From a virus, in IMG/VR virus record IMGVR_UViG_3300036791_001056, positions 64,001 to 128,000 of that record: a stretch of DNA of 64,000 nt; one strand, 5' to 3'. A model generated the notes under the pieces. That model searched no databases, was not told the DNA's origin, and worked only from the letters and a program-made list of their open reading frames with translations. This document shows, piece by piece, positions 36,953 to 46,274 of the stretch; within the stretch, counting starts at the first letter, position 1, and the number at the start of each line of letters is the position of its first letter. Position numbers and translations under genes: made by a program.

Positions 36953-37618
36953 CTACTCACCCTTTGGAGTGGAGTTTCGCGCTGCTCCACCTTCACGCGC
37001 CACACTCATCAATGTTGAGTAACGGCCCACGCCAGCACGCAGCGCTTGCTGATACCGCTTACGCTCAGCAGGCGTTAGCGCGGCGATCTCTGCCTGCTGC
37101 CGTGCGTATTCATCACGACCAGCGGTGCGCTCCGGCGCCACCTCACCTAGTGTGCTGATGCCAATGCCTAGCGCACGCTTATGCCCCTTGCCCTCATCTC
37201 GTGCACGGAAGTACGCCTCACGTCCCGCTGGCTGCAGACTGCGCACCTCATCCGAGTTGACTTGATCAGCAGCTCGCGGACTGTCGCGCCACGTGCGCTT
37301 ATTAGTACCGTGGGGAGGGTTGGTCACCTTAGCCATCGCTGAGCTGTGCGGGATGTTTGCGTCGCGCAGCCGGTTATACCGCTTGCGCTGCTGGGGAGTG
37401 AGCGCATCAACTTCACTCTCACCCAAGCCAGCTCCCACGTGGACCCACTCACCGTGAGGCCCGCGCGGCTCAGCCGGGTTGAACCGCTTCACAGCATCAG
37501 GCTCAGCCGCCGCCTTGAAAACCAGCGCCGGATCGAAGATGCGCAGCGCCAGGTGCGCGCGGATCTCGTTCCGCCGCCGCTCCAGCTCAGCGCTATACTC
37601 AAACTCGTCACTCAGCAT
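36953..37618 (-). CDS. Head-region cargo protein
   Basis: Start reassigned to ATG 37618 after AGGAG; KRFNPAEPRGPHGEW tag; three ALTP...Y..R repeats. Confidence 0.75.
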   Translation of the reverse strand: MLSDEFEYSAELERRRNEIRAHLALRIFDPALVFKAAAEPDAVKRFNPAEPRGPHGEWVHVGAGLGESEVDALTPQQRKRYNRLRDANIPHSSAMAKVTNPPHGTNKRTWRDSPRAADQVNSDEVRSLQPAGREAYFRARDEGKGHKRALGIGISTLGEVAPERTAGRDEYARQQAEIAALTPAERKRYQQALRAGVGRYSTLMSVAREGGAARNSTPKGE

Positions 37619-40019
37619 CCGCGTCTCCTGACTTGTACGCCGTAGGATAACCGCGCGACTCACCAACGCCTGCGCTGGCCTGCCCCCGGAGGTACCCGCT
37701 CTTCGCCTGCCACATCGCCGAGTCGTGCCCGAAGCCCGCGCCGCGCGCCGCATCATAGTCAGCGCGCTGCTCGGCAGTGAGCGCGGCGCGCTCCTGCTCA
37801 GCCGGGCTCAGCGTTGGTGCAACGGCGCTGCCCGGCGCCGGTGCCGGTGTGGGTTCAGGCGCATGACTAGGCACCGTTGGCGCGGCAGGCGCTTCTCCAC
37901 GAGGAGCAGTACGCGGTCCTGACCCGTCGTGCCGGACGTCCAGGGCCTTCAGCAACCCGTTCTCGCCAGTGATTCGCTGATATGGAATCCCCTTGGCGTC
38001 GAGCGCCTGCGCGTACTGCTCCACGCGCTCAGCGTTACGCTCGTCTGAGGTATTCCGCGCCATGATGCTGCTGCCGTTGTAGTGGCTAACCGAGACACCG
38101 TGCTCACCGCCGCTGACCTCGTAACCGGCGTAGTAAGTACGCCAGCCCCTGACCATCTGGCTGCCGGTGGACGTAACCGGCTTGTGGCCCGCCGCGGTGA
38201 GCGCAGCACGCACCCGGCGTGCGTTCACGTCGCCCGCGATCAGGCGCTTGGCCTGCTCGACGTTGGCAGCGTGCCGCTCGGCCGGCGCCTTATCACGCAC
38301 GCCGGCTTCACCACTCGCGGTCAATTCGATGGTGCGGTTTCCGAGACTGAGCTTACCGTACCCGCCGCCGAGGTCTTGCCGAGTGTCCACCATTCCCAAG
38401 AACTTACCCTTGGCATCCGTGATGTGACTGGCGAGCACTTGATACGGTCGCACCTTGGCACCGTACTTAGCCTGCTGCTTGGTCGGGTACTGGTGCCGCG
38501 TCAGCTCGCTCGGTTCACTGTGCCGCAGATCAGCCGGGCTGATGAGTACCTGCTTCACCTTGGGCGCCTTCGGCGGCTTAAGCTTACCACCGCTCGGCGG
38601 CGTAGGAGCGTGGCTTGGCTCGGGCAGCGGTGCTCCTGGTGGAGCAGGAGCGTGTGGCGCAGCTGCCGCCAGATCCTGTGGCGCAGGAGCTGCAGCCGCT
38701 TGATTGCGCCTGAACAGCTCGGCAATCTCAGGATCAGCCGCACGCCGCCGCCAGACATTTCGCGTCGGCTCATTCAGGTCACTCCAGGCACGCGTAGGTT
38801 CTGGTCGGCCAATGCCGCTCTGAGCCCGGGTGCGCATCGTGGACTCATACATGTCTCGCGCGATTTGCTCATTCACACTACCAGTATCTGGCACCTTGTC
38901 CGGCACCGGCACGCCGCCCGCGAGCTCCGTCGCGATGCCCTTGGCGGTCTCACCCGCCGCGGTACCCACGTTCGTGCGGGTCGTGGCGCGGTCGATGTGC
39001 GTGATGGCGGCGTCAAGGTGCGTCTTAGCATCCTCAAGCCGGCCTTCCTCAACGGCCTGGCCCGCCTTGCGGAAGTCGCGCCCCGCGGTCATGTACCGCG
39101 AGTTGGCGCTGCCCTGCGCGCGGCTGGCCGCGGTCTCGCGGTCCATCGTGTCCGCCAGGTCACTGAGTCCCCGCATCCAGCGGCCGTGCTGGTCACGAGG
39201 CTCGGCCGGGTTATACTTCCAGCGCTTCTCGATCATCTCGGCGTCGCCTCCAGCTCCGTTCCTGGAGTCAACTATATCACTCAGCCCCAGGCGCTGGCTA
39301 GCTGCTGCCCAGATCAGCTCCCGGCGCTCATCGAGCGTCGCCTCCAGGACCAGGCTCTTGCTGACTTTTGGGACCGGAGTCACGATGACCTCCGGCACCG
39401 CGCTCTTGGCAGCGATGAGCGCCGCCTCCTGCTGGCGCAGCTCCTTGATCCGGGCCTGGAGCTGCGCGATCTGCGCGTTCACCTGCGCTAGCTGCTTGGC
39501 GCGGCTCGGCGTGGACTTGCTCGGCTTCGCTGAGGTGGCGCTGCCCTGCCCAGTCGCCCGCGTCGCGGTTCCGGTGGCGCCCGCTGCCCCGGCCGGCTTG
39601 CCGCCGCCGGTCACGGACGTGCCCCGGCCGGTCGATGCGCCCGCGGTGGCCGCGACGAGCCGAGCCTTCTGCGCCTCGAGCGACGAGAGCTGGGTGGTCA
39701 GCGCGCTGATCTGCGCGCGGATGCCGCGCAGCTGCTGCAGCTTAGGTGAGCCCGGCTGCTGCCCACTCCCAGGCGGGCGCTTACCCTGCTTGGGCTGCTT
39801 CTGCTTCTTGGACTTCTTGGGCTGCTTCTGCTGTGCGGGTGGCTGCTGGCCACCACCCGCCGGTGCGAACTGCCCGCCGGTCGCTGCTCCGGCGGGCTGG
39901 TGGTACGGGTCAGCCTTGGTGATGACGTCGGGCACCGGCGGAAGTCCCCAGCTCGCGACCGCCGCCTCGCGGATGCGCTGCCGCTCGGCCGCGATCGTGC
40001 TGAACAGGCTAGCCGTCAC
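37608..40019 (-). CDS. Head-region cargo polyprotein
   Basis: Start GTG 40019 after GAGGAGG; tags KADPYHQPAG..GGQF and KYNPAEPRDQHGRW; coiled coils. Confidence 0.8.
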   Translation of the reverse strand: MTASLFSTIAAERQRIREAAVASWGLPPVPDVITKADPYHQPAGAATGGQFAPAGGGQQPPAQQKQPKKSKKQKQPKQGKRPPGSGQQPGSPKLQQLRGIRAQISALTTQLSSLEAQKARLVAATAGASTGRGTSVTGGGKPAGAAGATGTATRATGQGSATSAKPSKSTPSRAKQLAQVNAQIAQLQARIKELRQQEAALIAAKSAVPEVIVTPVPKVSKSLVLEATLDERRELIWAAASQRLGLSDIVDSRNGAGGDAEMIEKRWKYNPAEPRDQHGRWMRGLSDLADTMDRETAASRAQGSANSRYMTAGRDFRKAGQAVEEGRLEDAKTHLDAAITHIDRATTRTNVGTAAGETAKGIATELAGGVPVPDKVPDTGSVNEQIARDMYESTMRTRAQSGIGRPEPTRAWSDLNEPTRNVWRRRAADPEIAELFRRNQAAAAPAPQDLAAAAPHAPAPPGAPLPEPSHAPTPPSGGKLKPPKAPKVKQVLISPADLRHSEPSELTRHQYPTKQQAKYGAKVRPYQVLASHITDAKGKFLGMVDTRQDLGGGYGKLSLGNRTIELTASGEAGVRDKAPAERHAANVEQAKRLIAGDVNARRVRAALTAAGHKPVTSTGSQMVRGWRTYYAGYEVSGGEHGVSVSHYNGSSIMARNTSDERNAERVEQYAQALDAKGIPYQRITGENGLLKALDVRHDGSGPRTAPRGEAPAAPTVPSHAPEPTPAPAPGSAVAPTLSPAEQERAALTAEQRADYDAARGAGFGHDSAMWQAKSGYLRGQASAGVGESRGYPTAYKSGDADAE

Positions 40020-40275
40020 CGGCGTCCTCCTCGTCAAGGTCGTTCTCGTAAGCCTCTTCCGGCCACGTGATGTCGGCCTCGTCCCAGTCACCGTCGGGCC
40101 AGTACTCAGCCTCTATAATAGAGCCGTCCGGGTGCCACGCGACGCGCTTGACCCGGCGGCAGGCGCGCAGGTGGATCCCGCCGCAGTGCAGGCACGGGCG
40201 CTGCCGGCCCTCTGCCTTGCCCTCGAAGATCAGCCGCGCCGCCGCCCGCTCGTCGGGCGTGAGCCTGTCTGCCAC
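40009..40275 (-). CDS. Small Zn-binding protein
   Basis: CLHCGGIH.RAC; RBS AGGAG; coupled to the downstream gene. Confidence 0.7.
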   Translation of the reverse strand: MADRLTPDERAAARLIFEGKAEGRQRPCLHCGGIHLRACRRVKRVAWHPDGSIIEAEYWPDGDWDEADITWPEEAYENDLDEEDAGDG

Positions 40276-40289
40276 TCTAACGCTCCTGG

Positions 40290-40334
40290 TTTACATCAGC
40301 CGGCCGGTGTGATATGATCTATACAGGAACGGAG
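40290..40334 (+). promoter_or_regulatory. Cassette promoter TTTACA-17-TATGAT plus AGGAACGGAG
   Basis: Seen directly. Confidence 0.85.
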
Positions 40335-40350
40335 CAGGTGGAGGAACCAG

Positions 40351-41202
40351 ATGCAGTCGTACTCAGCACTCAACCGCGTGAATCAGTGCCGATGCAGCCA
40401 CACGTGGGGTGACCATTACCGCCACAACGGCGCCAACGGGTGCTACGGCAGCACGTCAGGCCTCAAGTGCCCGTGCAGCCGGTGGCGCGGGCAGCTCACG
40501 ACCCTCAAGAAGATCAGCACCACCGAGTACCGCAACCGGCTGACCTCTGTGTCGCACCGGCCGAGCATCATGTGCTGGGAGGCGGTATTCGAGACGTTCG
40601 GTGTCTCTTACATCCCGGAACCAGGCAAGGGCAAGCACGCTGGTGAGATCGCCCACGCCCTCACCACGCAAGGCTACCTGGTGCAGCGCAACTGGCTCCG
40701 GGACGTCATGCCCGCCGTCACCCAAGACAGCGCGTACACGCTGGCGCACTTCACGGCCACGCACCTGGCGGGTGACTGGCTGGTGTTCACCGCGAGTCAC
40801 GTGATCGCGCTGCGGGACGGGTTCATCACTGACACCGTAGGCGCCAGTAAAACGGTCGCGCGCCGCATCGAATCGGTGTACTCGGTGATCCGCGTTGACA
40901 AGCCACGCCAAGGCAACCCGTACTGCGCCGTGATCAAGTGGCTGGAGTCGAATGAGGGTACCACCTGGTCACATCACACGCACCGGTACATTGAGCACGC
41001 TGCCCGAGGGCTCGGTGGCACGATGCTGGCGTCGTTGAAGGTTGAGATTCACGAGGACGGGAGCCTGGGAGACACGGGCCTGCGCATGCACTGGGAGACG
41101 AGCCAGATCAGCCCGATCATGAAGTGTGACTGTGCTGACGTGGCGGTGTTCGGGCACTGGCCCCACTGCCGGCTGAGTGAGACCAAGAAGGTGACCACGT
41201 GA
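40351..41202 (+). CDS. Zn-finger plus papain-like (Cys-His-Asp) domain protein
   Basis: CRC.H...H...C....C.C; CWEA...SHVIALRDG.ITD. Confidence 0.6.
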   Translation: MQSYSALNRVNQCRCSHTWGDHYRHNGANGCYGSTSGLKCPCSRWRGQLTTLKKISTTEYRNRLTSVSHRPSIMCWEAVFETFGVSYIPEPGKGKHAGEIAHALTTQGYLVQRNWLRDVMPAVTQDSAYTLAHFTATHLAGDWLVFTASHVIALRDGFITDTVGASKTVARRIESVYSVIRVDKPRQGNPYCAVIKWLESNEGTTWSHHTHRYIEHAARGLGGTMLASLKVEIHEDGSLGDTGLRMHWETSQISPIMKCDCADVAVFGHWPHCRLSETKKVTT

Positions 41203-41684
41203 GCACTGAGGATTCTCTCCGCGCGTGGGCCGCGCGCTGCGCAGCCTCACCGTTCATCTCACCCGCGGAGCGCGCCGCCTGGCTCGTAATCGCCGAGCGC
41301 GGCGCTGAGTGGCCCGTCGCGCGTCATCCTGACGGCCGGCCCCGGCGCGGTGGGCCCCTGATGATGCAGAAGCTCTGCTTCCGGAACGCCGCGCTGACCG
41401 CGTTCGGCTGCACCGCGTTCGACCCGGCCGGTGCGCACTACGCCGAGGGATTCGCGCAGGGCACCGCCGGGCTGTGGTTCCATCACGCCTGGGTAGTCAG
41501 CTCGGCAGGTGAGGTGATCGAGCGGACGTGGGAGACGCCCGGTGACCGGTACGTCGGCGTGATCCTCACCCGGCGCGAGTTCACCCACGGCTGGGGCGGC
41601 TGCCAGCTCAGCACGTGGCCGATCGGCATCTCACTGGCGCCCGTCAGCGCAGAGGGAGAGACTCATGACGCACATGGCAGCTGA
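41199..41684 (+). CDS. Transglutaminase/papain-fold-like protein
   Basis: CFRNA...YAEGFA...HHAWV...VIERTW. Confidence 0.65.
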   Translation: MSTEDSLRAWAARCAASPFISPAERAAWLVIAERGAEWPVARHPDGRPRRGGPLMMQKLCFRNAALTAFGCTAFDPAGAHYAEGFAQGTAGLWFHHAWVVSSAGEVIERTWETPGDRYVGVILTRREFTHGWGGCQLSTWPIGISLAPVSAEGETHDAHGS

Positions 41685-42729
41685 GGTCATCGCGCAGCAC
41701 GCGCAGCTGGTCGATGACTGGCGGCACCCGCGCCTCACGCTGACGCGGTACATCGAGGCGTTCGCGGAGGACGCGCGGCGCAGGCGCGGCTCAAGCATCG
41801 TTAACACCATGTTCTACCCGCTGTTCAGCGACCCGGCGCGCGACTTCGAGCGCTGGGTCCGGCTGGTCGGGAAGGACCTGTTCAGCGCGTGCACCTTCCA
41901 AGTCACGACCGAGATGTGCCGCGCAGTCACAGCTATCTACCAGAAGAGCACCGAGAAGACCACGCGCATCAGCGTGGCCGAGCTGCCCACCGTGGGTGAT
42001 GACCTGCCAGCTGAGAGCGGGTTCGCCTGGCTGGATGAGCCGCCCGCTATGATCGACCGCCGGGGCAAGGTCACCCGTGATCGCGCCGTCAGCTGGTGCG
42101 TGACCGCGGTCCCGAACACCATCAACGGTGACACGTGCACCGGGCTGCGCGTCATTCTCTGGGCTGACATCACCGTGGATGATGATTACACCGCTGAGTG
42201 GCGCCCAGGCATCAAGAACCGGTCAGAGCGTGAGATCGGCCGGCTGCAGCTCCAGCACTGCTACGCGCTGCCCCTGGACACGGACTTGACGTGGAGCAGC
42301 GATCACGTGCCCACAGCCGACAACAGCATCGCCTGGCTGCACGCGATGTTCATGCTCCTCGGCACGGAGATCCCGGCGACTCACCGCGCGATCATCCCGG
42401 CATCTGTCCAGGGCAGCGTTAAGAGGCGCGTCAAGCATCCTGCTGTCACTGTCGTGACCCTGCGGCGGGTCGCAGCACGTCCTGATGACCCGGGCACTGA
42501 ACATCATCGTGAGGTTGACTGGCGGTACCGTTGGGTGGTCCAGGGCCATCACCGGCACATCGAGTCATATGAGGGCCAGAGTCATCACGCGACTCCCACG
42601 CTCAGTGACCGGGGAACCTGCGCTGTCTGCCAGGCGCGCATCACGTGGATCCGCCCGCACATCAAGGGTGCGGATGATCTACCCATGAAGCCGAGCTCCG
42701 GGCACGTGGTGTACCGGCTGAGGAGGTAA
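41665..42729 (+). CDS. Hypothetical phage protein
   Basis: C-terminal W.YRW.V.GH...WIRPHIKG..D.P motif, which I recognise from actinophage proteins. Confidence 0.75.
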   Translation: MTHMAAEVIAQHAQLVDDWRHPRLTLTRYIEAFAEDARRRRGSSIVNTMFYPLFSDPARDFERWVRLVGKDLFSACTFQVTTEMCRAVTAIYQKSTEKTTRISVAELPTVGDDLPAESGFAWLDEPPAMIDRRGKVTRDRAVSWCVTAVPNTINGDTCTGLRVILWADITVDDDYTAEWRPGIKNRSEREIGRLQLQHCYALPLDTDLTWSSDHVPTADNSIAWLHAMFMLLGTEIPATHRAIIPASVQGSVKRRVKHPAVTVVTLRRVAARPDDPGTEHHREVDWRYRWVVQGHHRHIESYEGQSHHATPTLSDRGTCAVCQARITWIRPHIKGADDLPMKPSSGHVVYRLRR

Positions 42730-43016
42730 TGATCGTGACGTATTACGCTGTGCTGCCTGAGCTGTTCCCGGCGTGGGCTTGGGTAACTGAGGAAGACGCG
42801 CTGGGCATCACCGCGGTACTGGTGAGCAATGAGGTGCTGACCGCTGACGGGCACCAGACGCGAGCGGGATCATCATTCGCGGTGGTAGCCGGGATAGTCA
42901 TGGCGCCCGCTCCCAACATGCGCCGGCTGTACGTGTCAGCTGCGTCACTCAGCCGGATCACGGCTGCCGCGCGCTGGCCGCACGTCCAGTGGCACCATGC
43001 CCACTCGCCGCACTGA
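42729..43016 (+). CDS. Hypothetical protein
   Basis: TAATG coupling and RBS GAGGAGG. Confidence 0.55.
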   Translation: MIVTYYAVLPELFPAWAWVTEEDALGITAVLVSNEVLTADGHQTRAGSSFAVVAGIVMAPAPNMRRLYVSAASLSRITAAARWPHVQWHHAHSPH

Positions 43017-43023
43017 GCACCCG

Positions 43024-43052
43024 TTTACATTGTCTACCGCGTGTGGTATGAT
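43024..43052 (+). promoter_or_regulatory. Cassette promoter TTTACA-17-TATGAT (leaderless ATG at 43060)
   Basis: Seen directly. Confidence 0.8.
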
Positions 43053-43059
43053 CTAGACC

Positions 43060-43314
43060 ATGAGGATGAACCAGCGGGCAGCGGTGCTCGCGGACATCAC
43101 CGGGGCAGCGGGCTGGTACCGGTACGTCCTGACGTTCTACGCCCGCGAGCTGTGGCGCAGCCTACCGGGGCCGTGGTACGTGAAGATCGCGCTGATCATC
43201 GCGTGCCAGCTGATCCCGGGACCGGGCGACGAGATCGCGCTCATCGCGCTCGCCGCGTGGGCGCGCCGCAGGAAGAGCCGGAAGGAGCGTGATGCGCGTG
43301 CTGAACGTCAGTGA
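43060..43314 (+). CDS. Small membrane protein
   Basis: Hydrophobic segment with IPGPGDE. Confidence 0.6.
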   Translation: MRMNQRAAVLADITGAAGWYRYVLTFYARELWRSLPGPWYVKIALIIACQLIPGPGDEIALIALAAWARRRKSRKERDARAERQ

Positions 43315-43633
43315 TGAGGTGGCGCTCACGATCATCCGGGAGCGGTCGCACCTGCTGATCACCCCGGCCGAGCTGGCGCGGCGCACCGGTCGCACCCGGG
43401 GCGCGATCAGCAACTGGCAGAACCGCCGGCCGGACTTCACCGAGCTCACCGTGGCCGCCAACCTGACGAGCACCACGATCTACTGGTGGCCCGCCGTCCG
43501 GGAGTGGCTCACAGCTCAGCGCATTCCGTTCGGAGAGCCGTGCGAGCGCACCGGCCGGCACTGCTTGAGCTGCGGCTCGGGCATTCAGCTCGGCGAGCTC
43601 ATCGAGCGCATCGAGCGCATCGAGCGCATCTAG
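43289..43633 (+). CDS. HTH DNA-binding protein with C-terminal Zn finger
   Basis: PAELARRTGRTRGAISNW..R.PDF helix-turn-helix; HCLSCG. Confidence 0.75.
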   Translation: MMRVLNVSDEVALTIIRERSHLLITPAELARRTGRTRGAISNWQNRRPDFTELTVAANLTSTTIYWWPAVREWLTAQRIPFGEPCERTGRHCLSCGSGIQLGELIERIERIERI

Positions 43634-43942
43634 CTCACGCGGCCGCCTAAGCGCGGCCAGCACCGGTTCCGGCACTTCCAGCAGGAGGACTGCCAGGCAG
43701 CGCTGCGGGCGCTCGGCCGGAACACTACGTTCACGGGAGTTTTCGAGGCGGCGGGAGGCGCATGATGAGCAAGATTGAGATCTGGCTGGCCTGGTACCGG
43801 TACCGGCGTGACCAGGCGCACTGCTTGTGGCTGCGCGCGACCGGCCGATGCCCAAGCTGTGGGCAGCGGCGAGGGCAGCATAAGTTCGGCTGTGTGCGCC
43901 GCTCCGGGCGCGGCGCGCAGCTCTTCGTGAACGGGATCTGAG

Positions 43943-44377
43943 ATGCTGCGCATGGGAGTCACAGGTGCGACAGGCGGCTGCACCCCGTGGCAAGCCGCCC
44001 AGCTGCGCAGCCTGCTCATGAGCTTTACCCCGAGCGAGGTGCACCACGGAGACTGCATCGGGGTGGACGCACTGAGTCACGCCATTGCCATAGAGCTGCG
44101 TGACTGCAGCACCACTGGTAGCCCGCGCGTTCACATCCACCCACCTGAGGACAGTAAGCAGCGCGCGTTCTGCCAGTATTACGACGTCATGCACCCGCTG
44201 CAGCCGTACCTGGTGCGTGACCGTGAGATCGCAGCGTGCGACCTGCTCGTGGCGGTGCCGCACTCTCGCCAGGAGCAGCTGCGGTCAGGAACGTGGGCCA
44301 CGGTGCGCTACGCCCGGGGACTTAAGTACCCGCTCATCATCCGCATCAACCCGGACGAGACCGTCGAGTTCGGCTGA
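43943..44377 (+). CDS. SLOG-family (DprA/DUF2493-like) Rossmann protein
   Basis: GVTG..., VHHGDCIGVD, IHPP, RD.EI, SGTWATVRYA. Confidence 0.8.
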   Translation: MLRMGVTGATGGCTPWQAAQLRSLLMSFTPSEVHHGDCIGVDALSHAIAIELRDCSTTGSPRVHIHPPEDSKQRAFCQYYDVMHPLQPYLVRDREIAACDLLVAVPHSRQEQLRSGTWATVRYARGLKYPLIIRINPDETVEFG

Positions 44378-44385
44378 AGAACGGA

Positions 44386-45045
44386 GTGTTAATGATGTTC
44401 AGCGAGAGCGTGACCAGCCGGCTGGTTAACTGGAAGTTCGAGTCTGCTGAGCGGCTGATGCGCACTGAGCGGGAGCAAGAGCCGGGTAAGTATGAGGGAG
44501 ATGAGTGGGACACCGTCACAGCGCTCGCGCAGACGCTCGGGAACTCGGGCTGGTTCTCCGGATCGCTCAGTGACGTCGTTCGCGCAGCGGTGGCGTGGCT
44601 GATACAGCAGCCGCTGAACGCACCAGACGATGACTCTTCCGGCAGTGAGGTCGTGACCGACTTGCTCGCAGCTGATGTCGCGCGGCGCGTTGCCCGCGAG
44701 TGCCTGGTCATCGGTGTACCGGACATTGAGCACTGGCCCGTTAACGCCAGTTCGAACTGTTGCTGTCGCGCTGGCAACAGCGGCATCGTCTGCGGTGCGT
44801 TAACTTATCGTGATTATGGAAGTGGTGAGCTGTTCACGGCAACGTGTGAGGCTGAGCTCAGCGGGCACACGCTCGCTGAGTTGCGCCAGAGCATCATCCG
44901 GCACCTGTGCAGCACCTCTCACGTCCGAGATCCATACGTGTCAGGTGGTACGTTCATGCTGAGCAGCACACCCCGTGACACCTTCAGACAGTCCGAGCCT
45001 GATCAGCCGGGCAGTGTGAGTGCACCACCGGCCGCATCATTCTGA
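44386..45045 (+). CDS. Hypothetical protein
   Basis: ORF downstream of a GAACGGAG box; exact start uncertain. Confidence 0.55.
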   Translation: MLMMFSESVTSRLVNWKFESAERLMRTEREQEPGKYEGDEWDTVTALAQTLGNSGWFSGSLSDVVRAAVAWLIQQPLNAPDDDSSGSEVVTDLLAADVARRVARECLVIGVPDIEHWPVNASSNCCCRAGNSGIVCGALTYRDYGSGELFTATCEAELSGHTLAELRQSIIRHLCSTSHVRDPYVSGGTFMLSSTPRDTFRQSEPDQPGSVSAPPAASF

Positions 45046-45319
45046 GCATCTCTCAGCCAAGCGTAACTTAGTTAAGATGAGTGAAGACAAGCAAAACCGA
45101 GATCAGCGACAGCAAAGACAAGTGCAAGCCTAGCTTACTCAGTGATTAGCTAAGCGCAGCGCAGTTAAGATCGGCGCAGTTAAGATCGATTAAGATCAGC
45201 AAAGCAAAGCTCAGCGCGACCAAGCTGAGACCAGCACGGCAGCAGAGCCTGATAAAGCGAAGATAAGATCAGCAGAGTGCTCAGCGCAGCGCGGCGTAGT
45301 CACGCCGCGCTGCTGAGCA
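45043..45319 (+). repeat. Long period-5 NNAG(C/A/T) array ending in hairpin (45278..45319)
   Basis: Roughly 45 units by eye, e.g. TAAGC GCAGC GCAGT TAAGA TCGGC GCAGT TAAGA TCGAT TAAGA TCAGC AAAGC AAAGC. Confidence 0.85.
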
Positions 45320-45328
45320 TCTGAGCAG

Positions 45329-45937
45329 CTAGGGTGCTGGCGGAGTGGGCTGCTCGACCGGGGTACCCGGGGTGATGACCAGGCTCGCCGCGGTGCCCGC
45401 GACCACGTCTACGCTGATGCTGCCACTGATGTTGTTCGGGTCCGTGGCGGTGACCACGACTCCCACCGCCGGGCTGCCCGCGATCACGGTGCACGTCAGG
45501 GTGTCCGTTGAGACGCTGAGCGTGACGGCGCTCGAGGCATCGCCACCGTTGAGCGCCGCCCCCCAGGTGAGCGTGTCAGCGGTGGGGTTGCCCTTGGAGT
45601 CCTCGGGCTCGACAACGAGATCGACCTGCTGGGTGTCGGTAAGCTGCATGACGCCATCCTTTGTGATGAGAGGTGAGCGCGCACCGGTCGACTGATCCAC
45701 TGGCGCGCTGGGAGTGATCCGCAGTGCCGTCGCAAACCCGCGGTCTAGCGTGAACTCGAACAGGTTGGTGAGAATCGCCACGGTCCGAGCCAGGTCACGG
45801 ATCGCCGCGTCACCGGTGCCGGGCTGGGTGACTATGCTCGCCACCCGCACTGCCTCAGTGAGCGCCAGCTCCCTCTTGCTCTGCTCTGCCGTCAACGGCT
45901 GCTCCTCGCGGTCGGGGTTTAGTATATAGCGAAGCAT
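45329..45937 (-). CDS. Virion protein with Ig-like C-terminal domain
   Basis: MQLTDTQQV.L...D.KGN...W...G...VT...VV.G pattern. Confidence 0.65.
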   Translation of the reverse strand: MLRYILNPDREEQPLTAEQSKRELALTEAVRVASIVTQPGTGDAAIRDLARTVAILTNLFEFTLDRGFATALRITPSAPVDQSTGARSPLITKDGVMQLTDTQQVDLVVEPEDSKGNPTADTLTWGAALNGGDASSAVTLSVSTDTLTCTVIAGSPAVGVVVTATDPNNISGSISVDVVAGTAASLVITPGTPVEQPTPPAP

Positions 45938-45965
45938 CAGTCAGCACACCCGGACAAGGTGCACG

Positions 45966-46274
45966 TCACGGCAACAGAGGTGAGTTTTGCTCAATCATGG
46001 GGTCCGCTGTCCTCTTCAGTGCCTCGTTATGCGCGGCGCACGCTGCCTCAGCGAGTTCGGGCGTGTCCATCATCCCGATCACGGTGTCGGCCTTCCAGTC
46101 ATCTTCTCCGCCCGTCCGGGCGTAAATGGTGCGGCCGAGAGACCGGCCGGTGCGCCATGAAAGCGCAGTGAGATCAGTGGCTACGACCCTCATCCTCTCA
46201 GGAAACTCGGACGGCGCCTCCACCATCAGCCGCTTCAGGTCTCGAGGACAACTGGTGAGCCGCACTTGGGGCAC
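45966..46274 (-). CDS. Hypothetical protein
   Basis: WRTGRSLGRTIYA...IGMMDTPELA motif; true start probably downstream of 46274. Confidence 0.6.
   Translation of the reverse strand: MPQVRLTSCPRDLKRLMVEAPSEFPERMRVVATDLTALSWRTGRSLGRTIYARTGGEDDWKADTVIGMMDTPELAEAACAAHNEALKRTADPMIEQNSPLLP

Noticed and set aside
43630-44058. Minus-strand 142-aa ORF between the HTH and SLOG genes
   Set aside because: No recognisable motif, overlaps the SLOG gene and has no clear RBS
45043-45319. Possible CRISPR array
   Set aside because: No 25-45 nt identical repeats with unique spacers and no cas genes; the periodicity is 5 nt
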